From a virus: a stretch of DNA of 64,000 nt. The translations under genes and the position numbers were made by a program. The stretch is from the IMG/VR virus record IMGVR_UViG_3300047289_000053, positions 4,084 to 68,083 of that record, one strand, 5' to 3'. Numbering within the stretch: the stretch's first letter is position 1; every line of letters starts with the position of its first letter. Below, piece by piece: positions 1-8,828 of this stretch. The notes below the pieces were generated by a model. It saw nothing but the letters and a program-made list of their open reading frames with translations, searched no databases and was not told where the DNA came from.

Positions 1-2
1 CA

Positions 3-2945
3 GGCGTAATTGGACTTGATGTAGCATCTGATACAATTAGATTACGTGCAGATAGTACTAATCCTTTTGCTCGCCAATTAACTACTACTTTGGGTAGTGG
101 TACATTGGTTAAAATTCAAGCAGCAGGATATGGTGCAACTTACGTTACTGACTTAGGATTCTATACATCATCTGTATCATCAGTTAATAGCACACCAAAC
201 ATTTACTTAACAGGTGGCGATAATCGTGTAGGTATTAATACTATTACACCTGCTTATACTTTAGATGTAGTAGGAACTGCAGGAGTTTCAGGAGTGTTGA
301 CATTAGGTTCTACTATTTCAAATGGAACTTATAACTATACATTACCTAGTGCTTCAGGCACACTTGCTTTAACAAGTCAAATACCAAGTGTTACGGGATT
401 TGTGCCTTATTCAGGGGCAACTTCTGCGGTAAACTTAGGTATATATGCTTTATTTACTTCAGGAACATATATAACAAAAGTAGGCACTCAATCAGGTGCT
501 ATACTTTTTGAGCACGCATCGGGTGGAACATTAGCTCCTTCAGGATATTCTGCAATCGGAATTACAGGTACTGATGGAATAGTGATGGCATTTAATGGGA
601 GTTCTAATACTATAACATTTAAAAATAATTTATTATCAGCTGCACAAATCTATTCTTTACCTAATGCTAGTGGTACTATTGCCCTTACTTCTAATTTGAG
701 CTCTTATGTACCTTATACGGGTGCGACAGGTGCTGTAAATTTGGGTGCATATGATTTAACTGTCAATTCAATAAAAGTTGGTAGAGGAGCAGGAAGTATA
801 GCAGATAATACTGTAGTAGGTAATATTGCTCTTAATGCCAATACAACAGGAAGTAGTAATACTGCAATTGGTTACGCAGCTAGTAATGCTAATACAACAG
901 CGGGTAATAATACATCTGTTGGATATTTTGCCTTAGCGGGAACTACAACAGGGGGAAATAATACCGCAATAGGGTCGGGTGCCCTTATAAACAATTCAAC
1001 GGGGACTTTTAATACAGGTATAGGTAAAGATGTTCTTTCATCTAATACAACAGGTCAAAATAATGTAGCGGTTGGTCCTCAAGCTCTTTATTCTAATTCA
1101 ACTGCAAATAATAACTCTGCGTTTGGTTATCAGGCTTTATTTTATAATACAACAGGAGCAAATAATACTGCAATAGGTAAAGGAGCGGGAATAAACTTAA
1201 CAACAGGAAGCAACAATACAATTATTGGTGGTTATGCAGGTGATGCAGCAATGGCTAGTAATGTTGTATTATCAGATGGTGCGGGAAATATTAGATTTCA
1301 ATGGGATGGCACAAATATTAAGTTAAATGGAAACACAGTAGGCTCTAATGCTTATACTTCAACGGCTTACCTACCTTTAAGCGGAGGCACACTTACGGGA
1401 GCTTTAAGCGGTACAAGTGCTACGTTTAGCGGAGATGTTACTGCTGGAGATGGTACTGGTTCTGTTAGTATGGTTATTAATAGAGGAGCAGCTGGAAATA
1501 GTAATGGTTTAAGATTTAGAACTGCTGGAACTAATAATTTTTATATTGGAAGTGGAGCAACTGGAGCAAATACAGATTTAGAGATTTATAATCATAATAC
1601 TGCTACTACAAACTTAAGGTTTGCTTACTCCACAGGCGCAGCCACGTTTTCGAGTAGTGTTACGGCGAGTAAACTAATAGTAGACGGGGCTTCTAATGGT
1701 AATAATTCACAATTTGCTTTAACTAGAACAGATAGCTCTTGGGGTATTTTTAATGAAACTGATTTAAGATTTTATCAGTCTAATAGTAATACTTCTAGTC
1801 CGGCTAGTGTTAAAATGGTTATTACAACCTCTGGCAACGTAGGCATCGGAACGACGGCGCCAAGTGCTTTATTGCATATTGATAAAAGCACAAACTCAGG
1901 AGACTTTGGAGTTTACCCTTTATCAATAGTTAGAAACTCTTTAGCTACTCAAGGAGATGGCTCAACTTCATATAATTTTGCTGGTTCATTAATACAATCA
2001 GGTAATGGAGCTGTTCAATTTTATCGTCAGACAAGCTATGCTGCAGGTGCTTGGGAGCCGCAGGGTATATTAAATGTTGCAAGTAATCATCCGATGACAT
2101 TTAAGACTAACAATACCGAACGTATGCGGATCACTTCCTCTGGCAACGTAGGCATCGGAACGACGGCGCCGAGTGGTATATTTGAAATTAGTAAATCTAA
2201 TACCGATTATTTAAGTACATCTGCTGGTCACTTGATATTAAACAATCCTAGTTCGACTGGACAGACTTCTATCTATATGCAAACTAACGGAACTGTTAGA
2301 GGTAAATTTAGAGTAGATTTTAATGGAGATTTAGCTTATGTAGCAAATGGCGGAGCTCATACATTCTGGACTGGTGGAGATTATTCTGTAGGCTCCGAAC
2401 GTATGCGGATTACTAGCGGGGGCAGACTTTTAGTAGGACAAACATCTGCTTCAGCAGCTAGTGTAAGTGGAGCTTGTATATTTGGTGATACAATTATGAC
2501 TGGCTCTTATGCTGGTATTTTCTGGGAAAACAGAAGCGGAGGAGTAACGACAAATAGTAACTGGTACGGATGGTACACAACAAGTGGAACTATTTACTTG
2601 TTTAATGGTGCTTCAAACATTGCTTCAATAAATACTTCAAGTGGAGCATATACAGCTTTATCTGATATAAATAAAAAGAAAGATTTCGAAGATTCTTCAA
2701 TCGGTCTAAATGCTATTATGGGATTAAAGCCCAAATTATTTAGAATGAAAGACCAAGATGAAAGCTCAAGCAAGCAATTAGGTTTTATAGCTCAAGAGGT
2801 TAAAGATTTTATTCCTCAGGCATATATAGAAACTAAGAGCGAAAAAGAAAACTTTATCGGATTAGACGATAGACCAATTATTGCAGCTTTAACTAAAGCA
2901 GTGCAAGAATTAAAAGCAGAATTAGACACATTAAAAAATAAATAA
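3..2945 (+). CDS. Tail fibre/tailspike with C-terminal intramolecular chaperone (peptidase S74-like); 5' truncated by the window edge
   Basis: Frame is open from base 3. Ser/Thr/Gly/Asn-rich, with NTAIG beta-helix repeats and GNVGIGTTAP/ERMRI repeats. C-terminal SD..KK..GLKP..GFIAQEV motif plus terminal coiled coil. Confidence 0.9.
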   Translation, partial: GVIGLDVASDTIRLRADSTNPFARQLTTTLGSGTLVKIQAAGYGATYVTDLGFYTSSVSSVNSTPNIYLTGGDNRVGINTITPAYTLDVVGTAGVSGVLTLGSTISNGTYNYTLPSASGTLALTSQIPSVTGFVPYSGATSAVNLGIYALFTSGTYITKVGTQSGAILFEHASGGTLAPSGYSAIGITGTDGIVMAFNGSSNTITFKNNLLSAAQIYSLPNASGTIALTSNLSSYVPYTGATGAVNLGAYDLTVNSIKVGRGAGSIADNTVVGNIALNANTTGSSNTAIGYAASNANTTAGNNTSVGYFALAGTTTGGNNTAIGSGALINNSTGTFNTGIGKDVLSSNTTGQNNVAVGPQALYSNSTANNNSAFGYQALFYNTTGANNTAIGKGAGINLTTGSNNTIIGGYAGDAAMASNVVLSDGAGNIRFQWDGTNIKLNGNTVGSNAYTSTAYLPLSGGTLTGALSGTSATFSGDVTAGDGTGSVSMVINRGAAGNSNGLRFRTAGTNNFYIGSGATGANTDLEIYNHNTATTNLRFAYSTGAATFSSSVTASKLIVDGASNGNNSQFALTRTDSSWGIFNETDLRFYQSNSNTSSPASVKMVITTSGNVGIGTTAPSALLHIDKSTNSGDFGVYPLSIVRNSLATQGDGSTSYNFAGSLIQSGNGAVQFYRQTSYAAGAWEPQGILNVASNHPMTFKTNNTERMRITSSGNVGIGTTAPSGIFEISKSNTDYLSTSAGHLILNNPSSTGQTSIYMQTNGTVRGKFRVDFNGDLAYVANGGAHTFWTGGDYSVGSERMRITSGGRLLVGQTSASAASVSGACIFGDTIMTGSYAGIFWENRSGGVTTNSNWYGWYTTSGTIYLFNGASNIASINTSSGAYTALSDINKKKDFEDSSIGLNAIMGLKPKLFRMKDQDESSSKQLGFIAQEVKDFIPQAYIETKSEKENFIGLDDRPIIAALTKAVQELKAELDTLKNK
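1828..2170 (+). repeat. 34-bp exact direct repeat inside the tail fibre gene (1828-1861 and 2137-2170)
   Basis: CCTCTGGCAACGTAGGCATCGGAACGACGGCGCC occurs twice. CCGAACGTATGCGGAT also occurs at 2116 and 2395. Confidence 0.9.
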
Positions 2946-2946
2946 T

Positions 2947-3306
2947 ATGGCATTCAACTGGGTAATATCTCAATTAGATTCAATTCCAACATTAGACGGA
3001 ATGGACAAAGTAATTTCTACAATTCATTACAGAGCTCAAAAGCAAGACGAAGCCTTTACGGCTGACACTTACGGAGCTTTATCAGTAGATGCACCACACG
3101 AAGCGAGCTTCACTCCTTACGATGAAGTCACGAAAGAAATGGTCGAAGGATGGCTTGAAGCTGGACTAGATACCGAAGCAATCGAAGCTAATTTAGATGC
3201 ACAGATAGAGAACTTTTTGAATCCACCGATTGTGAACTACGGACTGCCGTGGGCTACTCCTACTTTGCAAGAAGAAATTGTTGCAGGAGACCAACCTATT
3301 GTGTAA
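2947..3306 (+). CDS. Small acidic tail-fibre-associated protein
   Basis: Directly follows the fibre gene; W..I..L..FTPY.EVT.EMV.GW pattern typical of genes downstream of fibres. Confidence 0.7.
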   Translation: MAFNWVISQLDSIPTLDGMDKVISTIHYRAQKQDEAFTADTYGALSVDAPHEASFTPYDEVTKEMVEGWLEAGLDTEAIEANLDAQIENFLNPPIVNYGLPWATPTLQEEIVAGDQPIV

Positions 3307-3328
3307 CTTTACAAAAAAAATATATATT

Positions 3329-3598
3329 ATGAAACTAAACTTTAATTTTAATCTAGTCGATTTAGACGGTAAGGAAATTGACAATGCTAATGCAGGTAAG
3401 TTAATCGCTAACTCATTAGTACAACAATCTAAGGGTGATGCTCTTAAGTTTTGGGAATGGGCTTTGGCTCTTAACAAAGGCGAAGAGTTAGACCTTGACT
3501 CATCTGATCAAGAGACTTTAAAGAACTTCATCAAGGATAGCGAGAACTTTGCTATTATTGCTAAGGCTCAGTTATTGAAAGTTCTTAAGAAGGACTAG
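3329..3598 (+). CDS. Hypothetical protein (possible tail assembly chaperone)
   Basis: ATG at 3329 after an A-rich leader; MKLNFNFNLVDLDGK. Confidence 0.65.
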   Translation: MKLNFNFNLVDLDGKEIDNANAGKLIANSLVQQSKGDALKFWEWALALNKGEELDLDSSDQETLKNFIKDSENFAIIAKAQLLKVLKKD

Positions 3599-3667
3599 TT
3601 TATTAATCACATCATCAGCAGTTATACTCCTCTGGCATTCAAATTGTCGAGGAGTATTTTTGTTTAC
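3572..3667 (-). pseudogene. Orphaned original 3' end of the glycosyltransferase gene
   Basis: Minus strand reads VNKNTPRQFECQRSITADDVINKLVLLKNFQ*, colinear with the GT C-terminus VHKGSDRMFECQKTITAEMVIEEIKKII*. Confidence 0.85.
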
Positions 3668-4401
3668 AGCAATCCCATATCAATTGCTTCTTGCTTTGTT
3701 ATAAAACCAAGTTCTGTTAAATACTTCTTTATATACTTTCTTTCTATACCAGTAATCGTTTCCGCTTGTCTTAAAGATTCGTATACATAAAACTCATTAT
3801 TAATATATCTGTATAACTCTATTCTTTTAGGACTAGTAATTCTTAATTTGTCTCTTTCTTTATCAGTAAGTTTTCTGTTTTTAGCTTTAGCAGATAATTT
3901 CAACTTATGCTCATTTGATAATTTTTTGCCATACCAGTAATTCTTATCTCCTTTTAAACTTTTAGATATTTTTAATTTCACATCATCTGAAACTTTTTTA
4001 CCTAATGCTTTTTGGGATAATATATTTTTTGTTTCTTCTGAATGATGTTTACCATAAAAAGAATTCAATGGGCCAATTGAGCTTTCTGACATCTTCTGTT
4101 TTCTTTCTTGGGTATATATCAAGTTTTTTATATCCTCTCCCCCATCAGTTAGATTAACTAAGGTACCATTATTCAAATCTTTTCTTCCATATAACTTTAT
4201 GAATTCCATTTCTTTTTCACACGCTTCTTCACGACTTAAATCATCAAATAATATATCTACTCTGTAATCAGATATATTAATAACATTATGCCAATAGTTG
4301 TTTCTATTCTTTTTACAATATGCTCTCCTAGTATTATTTCCAATACCAATATAAAACACCTTGTTAGTATCTAATCTTATATGCCTATATACTATTGCCA
4401 T
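3664..4401 (-). CDS. GIY-YIG-type free-standing homing endonuclease with NUMOD3-like repeats
   Basis: VYRH...FYIGIG...R N-terminus; repeated N.FYGKHHSEETK and N.WYGKKLS.EHK motifs. Confidence 0.85.
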   Translation of the reverse strand: MAIVYRHIRLDTNKVFYIGIGNNTRRAYCKKNRNNYWHNVINISDYRVDILFDDLSREEACEKEMEFIKLYGRKDLNNGTLVNLTDGGEDIKNLIYTQERKQKMSESSIGPLNSFYGKHHSEETKNILSQKALGKKVSDDVKLKISKSLKGDKNYWYGKKLSNEHKLKLSAKAKNRKLTDKERDKLRITSPKRIELYRYINNEFYVYESLRQAETITGIERKYIKKYLTELGFITKQEAIDMGLL

Positions 4402-6458
4402 TATATTATCTTTTTTATTTCTTCAATAACCATTTCAGCTGTTATTGTTTTTTGACATTCAAACATTCGATCAGAACCTTTATGTACGGGACACCAAGAC
4501 CAGTCCCCCTTATCGAATTTGAAGTTTTTATTGTTCCAGCATCCGGTACATACATTTTTATTGTATGGTCTAATACATTCAAATTCGTGACCTATCTCAC
4601 TAAATCCAGCTATCATTACAACCTTCTTTCCTAACCCCCAAGCGGTCCACGCAATTCCCGATCCCAAAGCAATAGTAAACTCACTGTGGTCGATTAACGC
4701 CATTGTGTCGTAGATATTGTGATTAATAATCTGCTCACAGTTATCGAACGGATTCTCTTCAAGCGATACGTTAATTACTTTGTAGCCTTTGCTAACTAAG
4801 TAGTTAATCACTCCTTGCCACCCCTCCTTTGTCCAGAACTTACATCCTGATGTAGAGTTGGTAGCAATGGTCACATACTTACTCTCAGGTAATGCTTTCT
4901 TAGATGCATACATTAATCTTGGGCTAATTTCTTTGAAGTCAAGGCCGAGAATATTGGTTGCTGCCTCTTGTAGCTTAATTGTATTTGGTAATACTGGTTC
5001 CTTGTTCGTATCGTAGAACCAGCCAATGTTATACTGAGCATAGATATTAGGAACTACTGTGCCAGGTTCTACTAACTCTATCTCAGGAATGTCCAGTATT
5101 TTATTTAAAAAAGTGGACATAATTACCTTGCATCTGTGTTTCTTTTGAAACTCTACAGCGTATGGTGCCCAAGCAATTGTGTCGCCTAATGACTTACTAG
5201 ATAGAGCAATATACACACGCTTGCCTTCTAGGTCAAGTACGTTATCGTGAATTAGTTTACCATCCATGTAGACTTTACTGTGCCACTTAGTATAGTATTG
5301 TCTGTTTAGTTTGACCCAGCTATTTGATCCGATAGTATTCTCGTAGACTAGTTTATCGCCATCAAAGTATTGTACCTTAAAGTCTGCTTTCAGTCCTGAC
5401 TTAATTTCTAGGTATGGCTGGACAACAAAGTGTTGGATGATGGTTACATCTTGTTCTTGTTTGTCTAGTGTCATTACTTTGTTGTAGAAGTCAATTTGCT
5501 TCTGAGTGAATATCTCAGTCGTATTATCTATAGGTATTATATAATTAGAATATACTGACCTTAAATCAGAGTCAATAGGTTGAATATATTTATCAAACAT
5601 TGACCCATACTGTGGTAAGTTTCTAGCTACAATAGGTAATCCATATCCTATTGCTTCCCGTAATACCAAAGGGTTGCATTCCCATGTAGAATTAAACATG
5701 AAAATATCTGCCAACAACATGAATCGGTGTGCATCATTTCTCTCTCCCCACACTTTAACATTAGTTGGCAAATCTTTCATTAATGGCTCCCAGTAATGCT
5801 TGAAATTTATAGCTTGGTTTCCGATAAAATGAAAGTCCATTTCAGGATACTTTCTAGCTATCTCAATCCCTTCAGCTTGATTTTTACCAGGAGTCCAAAG
5901 ACCTACACTAACTACATTTTCTTTACGAAAATCAAACCCTTGTCTATGTATATCCATACAAGTATCAAGGTCATCTGTCTTGTCATCAATTGGAAACTCA
6001 ATCACCTCTTTGTAAGATGGCGATGAAGCGAATGTATCCAAGTGATATGGCGTGCAGAAATAGTACGCATCAGGATGAAATATCTTTTCTTTGTCGTGGT
6101 TAAACGACACGTCGTGACACGTCTCCACAATTCGGTAACTTCGTTCTTCACGATATAACTCAGAAATCATATCACGATTAAACCTTTCGGCTGGCTCGTG
6201 AATGTGAACAATGTCGGGATTGAATTTTGCGATGATGTTGAATAACTCCATCTTGTCTTCGTGCAGAGTATGAAACGGGACTAGTTCCTTAATTTTATTT
6301 CTTTGCACGACATAGTCTAAGCTATGGCATTGATACTCTACTACCTCAATCTCAAATGTCTTATAAAGAGTTTGAACACTCTTTAAAACAAAACCGGGCA
6401 TCCCCCCAGTCGAACAGTGAGCAAGTAGGAATAATATTTTTACTTTTTCTCCTTCCAT
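4401..6458 (-). CDS. Two-domain glycosyltransferase: N-terminal GT4-like plus C-terminal autotransporter heptosyltransferase (AAH/TibC-like, GT9 fold)
   Basis: GT4-like KNQ..G..ADIF.FNS.WE.NPLVLREA.G.GLP; SKSLGDTIAW, IALGSGIAW and CTGCWN..CP..FEC cysteine cluster. Confidence 0.85.
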   Translation of the reverse strand: MEGEKVKILFLLAHCSTGGMPGFVLKSVQTLYKTFEIEVVEYQCHSLDYVVQRNKIKELVPFHTLHEDKMELFNIIAKFNPDIVHIHEPAERFNRDMISELYREERSYRIVETCHDVSFNHDKEKIFHPDAYYFCTPYHLDTFASSPSYKEVIEFPIDDKTDDLDTCMDIHRQGFDFRKENVVSVGLWTPGKNQAEGIEIARKYPEMDFHFIGNQAINFKHYWEPLMKDLPTNVKVWGERNDAHRFMLLADIFMFNSTWECNPLVLREAIGYGLPIVARNLPQYGSMFDKYIQPIDSDLRSVYSNYIIPIDNTTEIFTQKQIDFYNKVMTLDKQEQDVTIIQHFVVQPYLEIKSGLKADFKVQYFDGDKLVYENTIGSNSWVKLNRQYYTKWHSKVYMDGKLIHDNVLDLEGKRVYIALSSKSLGDTIAWAPYAVEFQKKHRCKVIMSTFLNKILDIPEIELVEPGTVVPNIYAQYNIGWFYDTNKEPVLPNTIKLQEAATNILGLDFKEISPRLMYASKKALPESKYVTIATNSTSGCKFWTKEGWQGVINYLVSKGYKVINVSLEENPFDNCEQIINHNIYDTMALIDHSEFTIALGSGIAWTAWGLGKKVVMIAGFSEIGHEFECIRPYNKNVCTGCWNNKNFKFDKGDWSWCPVHKGSDRMFECQKTITAEMVIEEIKKII

Positions 6459-6922
6459 ACGAATCCACCAGCGTGGTTGTAAATATTTTTAATATTAAAA
6501 TGAATACTCTTTCTGTCTACTTTGGTCGCTTTATAAGCATCTAATACAGACCTATGTTCGGCAATAAATTCACCTTCCTTAGTATATTGTATAACAGGTG
6601 TTTTTCTGCAATTTATAAGGCCCGTTCTATGTGCATGATATTTATTTTCGCTATCTGTAACCCACTCTAGGTTTTCAATATTATTGTTTAAAGGATTGCC
6701 ATCTATATGATTTATCTGCGGCTTATTATAAGTATTAGGAATAAATGCTTGAGCGATTAATCTATGAACAAGTTGGTGTTTCTTCTTGTTGTCTTTCCAC
6801 AATTCAACCATAAGCCTACCTTGTTTGATAGTTTGTTTAATTTTGTGCTTTGTATTGATGTTTGTAACAATCCCTTGCAAGTCGATTGTATAATTTGGAT
6901 ACGCTTCTATTAATTTTTCCAT
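6440..6922 (-). CDS. HNH homing endonuclease with C-terminal NUMOD1-like motif
   Basis: VHRLIAQAFIPN..KPQINHIDGNPLNNNIENLEWVT..EN; C-terminal VIQY..G.FI..AGGFVW. Confidence 0.9.
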   Translation of the reverse strand: MEKLIEAYPNYTIDLQGIVTNINTKHKIKQTIKQGRLMVELWKDNKKKHQLVHRLIAQAFIPNTYNKPQINHIDGNPLNNNIENLEWVTDSENKYHAHRTGLINCRKTPVIQYTKEGEFIAEHRSVLDAYKATKVDRKSIHFNIKNIYNHAGGFVWKEKK

Positions 6923-7018
6923 TTTAATATTATTATTGTGTATAATGATAATCCAAAATTACGTAATATTACGCCATAATAAAATATAATTAGTACTTTT
7001 ACAAAAAAATATAATACA

Positions 7019-7273
7019 ATGGATAAATTAACACAAGACGAGTTGGATCGTTTCAGAGCCGCTCATACAGAAATCAGAAATCTTCGCAACGCTTTAGCAG
7101 ATGCTGAGATTACAATTCACAATTCCAAAGTAGAGAAACAATCTATTTTAGCTCAGTTAGATACAGCTGGTACAACACACGTTGCTATCCAACAAGAACT
7201 ACACGCTAAGTACGGAGATATCACGATTGACTTTGCGACAGGAGAAATCAAGAATAAAGATGGTAATTCGTAA
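7019..7273 (+). CDS. Hypothetical coiled-coil protein
   Basis: ORF with A-rich start; ends YGDITIDFATGEIK. Confidence 0.65.
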   Translation: MDKLTQDELDRFRAAHTEIRNLRNALADAEITIHNSKVEKQSILAQLDTAGTTHVAIQQELHAKYGDITIDFATGEIKNKDGNS

Positions 7274-7478
7274 AATATCAGTTGGTGCAGACTACAAGAA
7301 TGCAATGAATTATATGCATAATCAAGTAGTCTTACAGGGTAACTATAGGATTCATTTGATTCGTCAGACCGAAGCAGGAGATATTGAAATCTACATTGAG
7401 TCTAGTGATGAGGTGGTCTTGTGGAAAAAGATTAATGGCAACATGCCATTCTTAATTGAATATAATATAGATTTCTAA
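7260..7478 (+). CDS. Conserved small phage protein preceding the GroES-like gene
   Basis: MVIRKISVGADYKNAMNY; overlaps the upstream stop and abuts the next gene. Confidence 0.65.
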   Translation: MVIRKISVGADYKNAMNYMHNQVVLQGNYRIHLIRQTEAGDIEIYIESSDEVVLWKKINGNMPFLIEYNIDF

Positions 7479-7479
7479 T

Positions 7480-8034
7480 ATGAAGTCCCCATTTTACTTT
7501 ATAGTGCAACCCCGTGATGGCAAGAGATATGACAACACGAGGGGAGAGCTCATTATTTCTACATCGAAAGAAGACCACCTTGCCACTATGCGTGAGGCTG
7601 TTGTTATCTCTACGCCTATTGGATACGAGGGTCCCGTTGAACCAGGTGATACGGTCATTGTGCATCACAATACTTTTAGGTTGTATTATGATATGCGTGG
7701 TAGAGAGAAGTCTGCTTGGAATTACTTCCGAGAGGACTTATACTTTATTGACGATCCATATGCATATAAGAAGCCTGGTGCTGATTGGATTGGTATTGGT
7801 CGCTACGTGTTCATCTCTCCTGTGGAGAATGACTACACAGGCATACTTACTGCAGACGCAGAGAAGCCTCTTGTAGGCACGATAAAGTATCCAAACGAAG
7901 AAGTACTAGCACTAGGATTAAAAGAGGGCGACACGGTCACGTTTGAGCCTGAGAGCGAGTATCCATTCTATATTGACGGTCAGAAAGTATACCGTATGTA
8001 TACTAAGAATCTAACAATTAAATTAGATGAATAG
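7480..8034 (+). CDS. GroES-like (co-chaperonin fold) protein, probably two tandem domains
   Basis: Two similar halves: FIVQP..LIIS..AVVIS.P..VEPGDTVIV and VFISP..GIL..GTIKY..LKEGDTVTF. Confidence 0.6.
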   Translation: MKSPFYFIVQPRDGKRYDNTRGELIISTSKEDHLATMREAVVISTPIGYEGPVEPGDTVIVHHNTFRLYYDMRGREKSAWNYFREDLYFIDDPYAYKKPGADWIGIGRYVFISPVENDYTGILTADAEKPLVGTIKYPNEEVLALGLKEGDTVTFEPESEYPFYIDGQKVYRMYTKNLTIKLDE

Positions 8035-8308
8035 AATAACAGAACTTAAGAAAAGAATTATTGAGTCAGGGTATAAGGCTGTTGAAGAATTAATTAAAGT
8101 TGCTGAAGAGAAAATCATTACCCATATGGATGACGACTTGTCTGCAGACAAACTTAAAAATGCCGCTGCAAGCAAGAAACTGGCAATACTTGATGCCTTT
8201 GAGATTCTTAAAAGAGTCGAGGAGGAGAATAATATTATTGAGGGAGTAGTTGGAAACTCTGCACCTACCAACCGTGGGTTTGCAGAACAAAGAGCAAAAG
8301 GTAAATGA
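8027..8308 (+). CDS. Putative terminase small subunit
   Basis: Helical 93-aa protein just upstream of TerL; call based on position. Confidence 0.5.
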   Translation: MNRITELKKRIIESGYKAVEELIKVAEEKIITHMDDDLSADKLKNAAASKKLAILDAFEILKRVEEENNIIEGVVGNSAPTNRGFAEQRAKGK

Positions 8309-8309
8309 T

Positions 8310-8828
8310 ATGGAAACTTGGAAAGATATAATTGGATACGAAGGTTTATACCAAGTGTCAAATATGGGAAATGTGAAGAGTTTGTCAAGAATTATTGACA
8401 GAGGTAGTTTACCAAGCAGACTTCAGAAAGAGAAATTAATGAAGAAGACTGTTAATAAGCAAGGATACCATGTTGTAAACTTGAGTAAAGATAAAAGACA
8501 GAAGTTACATAGTGTTCACTTTTTAGTTGCTTCTTGTTTTTTAGGAGATAGAAATGGGTTAGATACCAATCATATAGATAGAAATAAATCTAATAACTGC
8601 TTGTCAAATCTAGAGTATGTTTCTAGAAGAGAAAATACTTGTCACGGAAAATCAAGAAAACATTCCTTCCCAGGTATAACATTCAGGAGCAGAATAAAAA
8701 AATGGACAGCTAACCCTGTTTTCAATGGCAAAATTATTGAGTTAGGTTCGTTTGATAATCAAGACGATGCAATATCTTGCATTAAAAACTTTTACAAAGA
8801 AAATAACATTGTAAACAAATACGCATGA
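8310..8828 (+). CDS. NUMOD4-HNH homing endonuclease
   Basis: ETWKDIIGYEGLYQVSNMGNVKS (NUMOD4) and VHFLVA..NHIDRNKSNN..NLEYV..EN (HNH); likely start ATG 8310. Confidence 0.9.
   Translation: METWKDIIGYEGLYQVSNMGNVKSLSRIIDRGSLPSRLQKEKLMKKTVNKQGYHVVNLSKDKRQKLHSVHFLVASCFLGDRNGLDTNHIDRNKSNNCLSNLEYVSRRENTCHGKSRKHSFPGITFRSRIKKWTANPVFNGKIIELGSFDNQDDAISCIKNFYKENNIVNKYA

Noticed and set aside
1828-2410. Diversity-generating retroelement or invertase shufflon acting on the tail fibre
   Set aside because: The repeats are short, exact and direct with no adenine-specific mismatches; no reverse transcriptase or invertase in the window.
3572-4520. Group I intron interrupting the glycosyltransferase
   Set aside because: The GT has its own complete C-terminus and stop, and the endonuclease ORF fills the interval, leaving no room for a ribozyme core.
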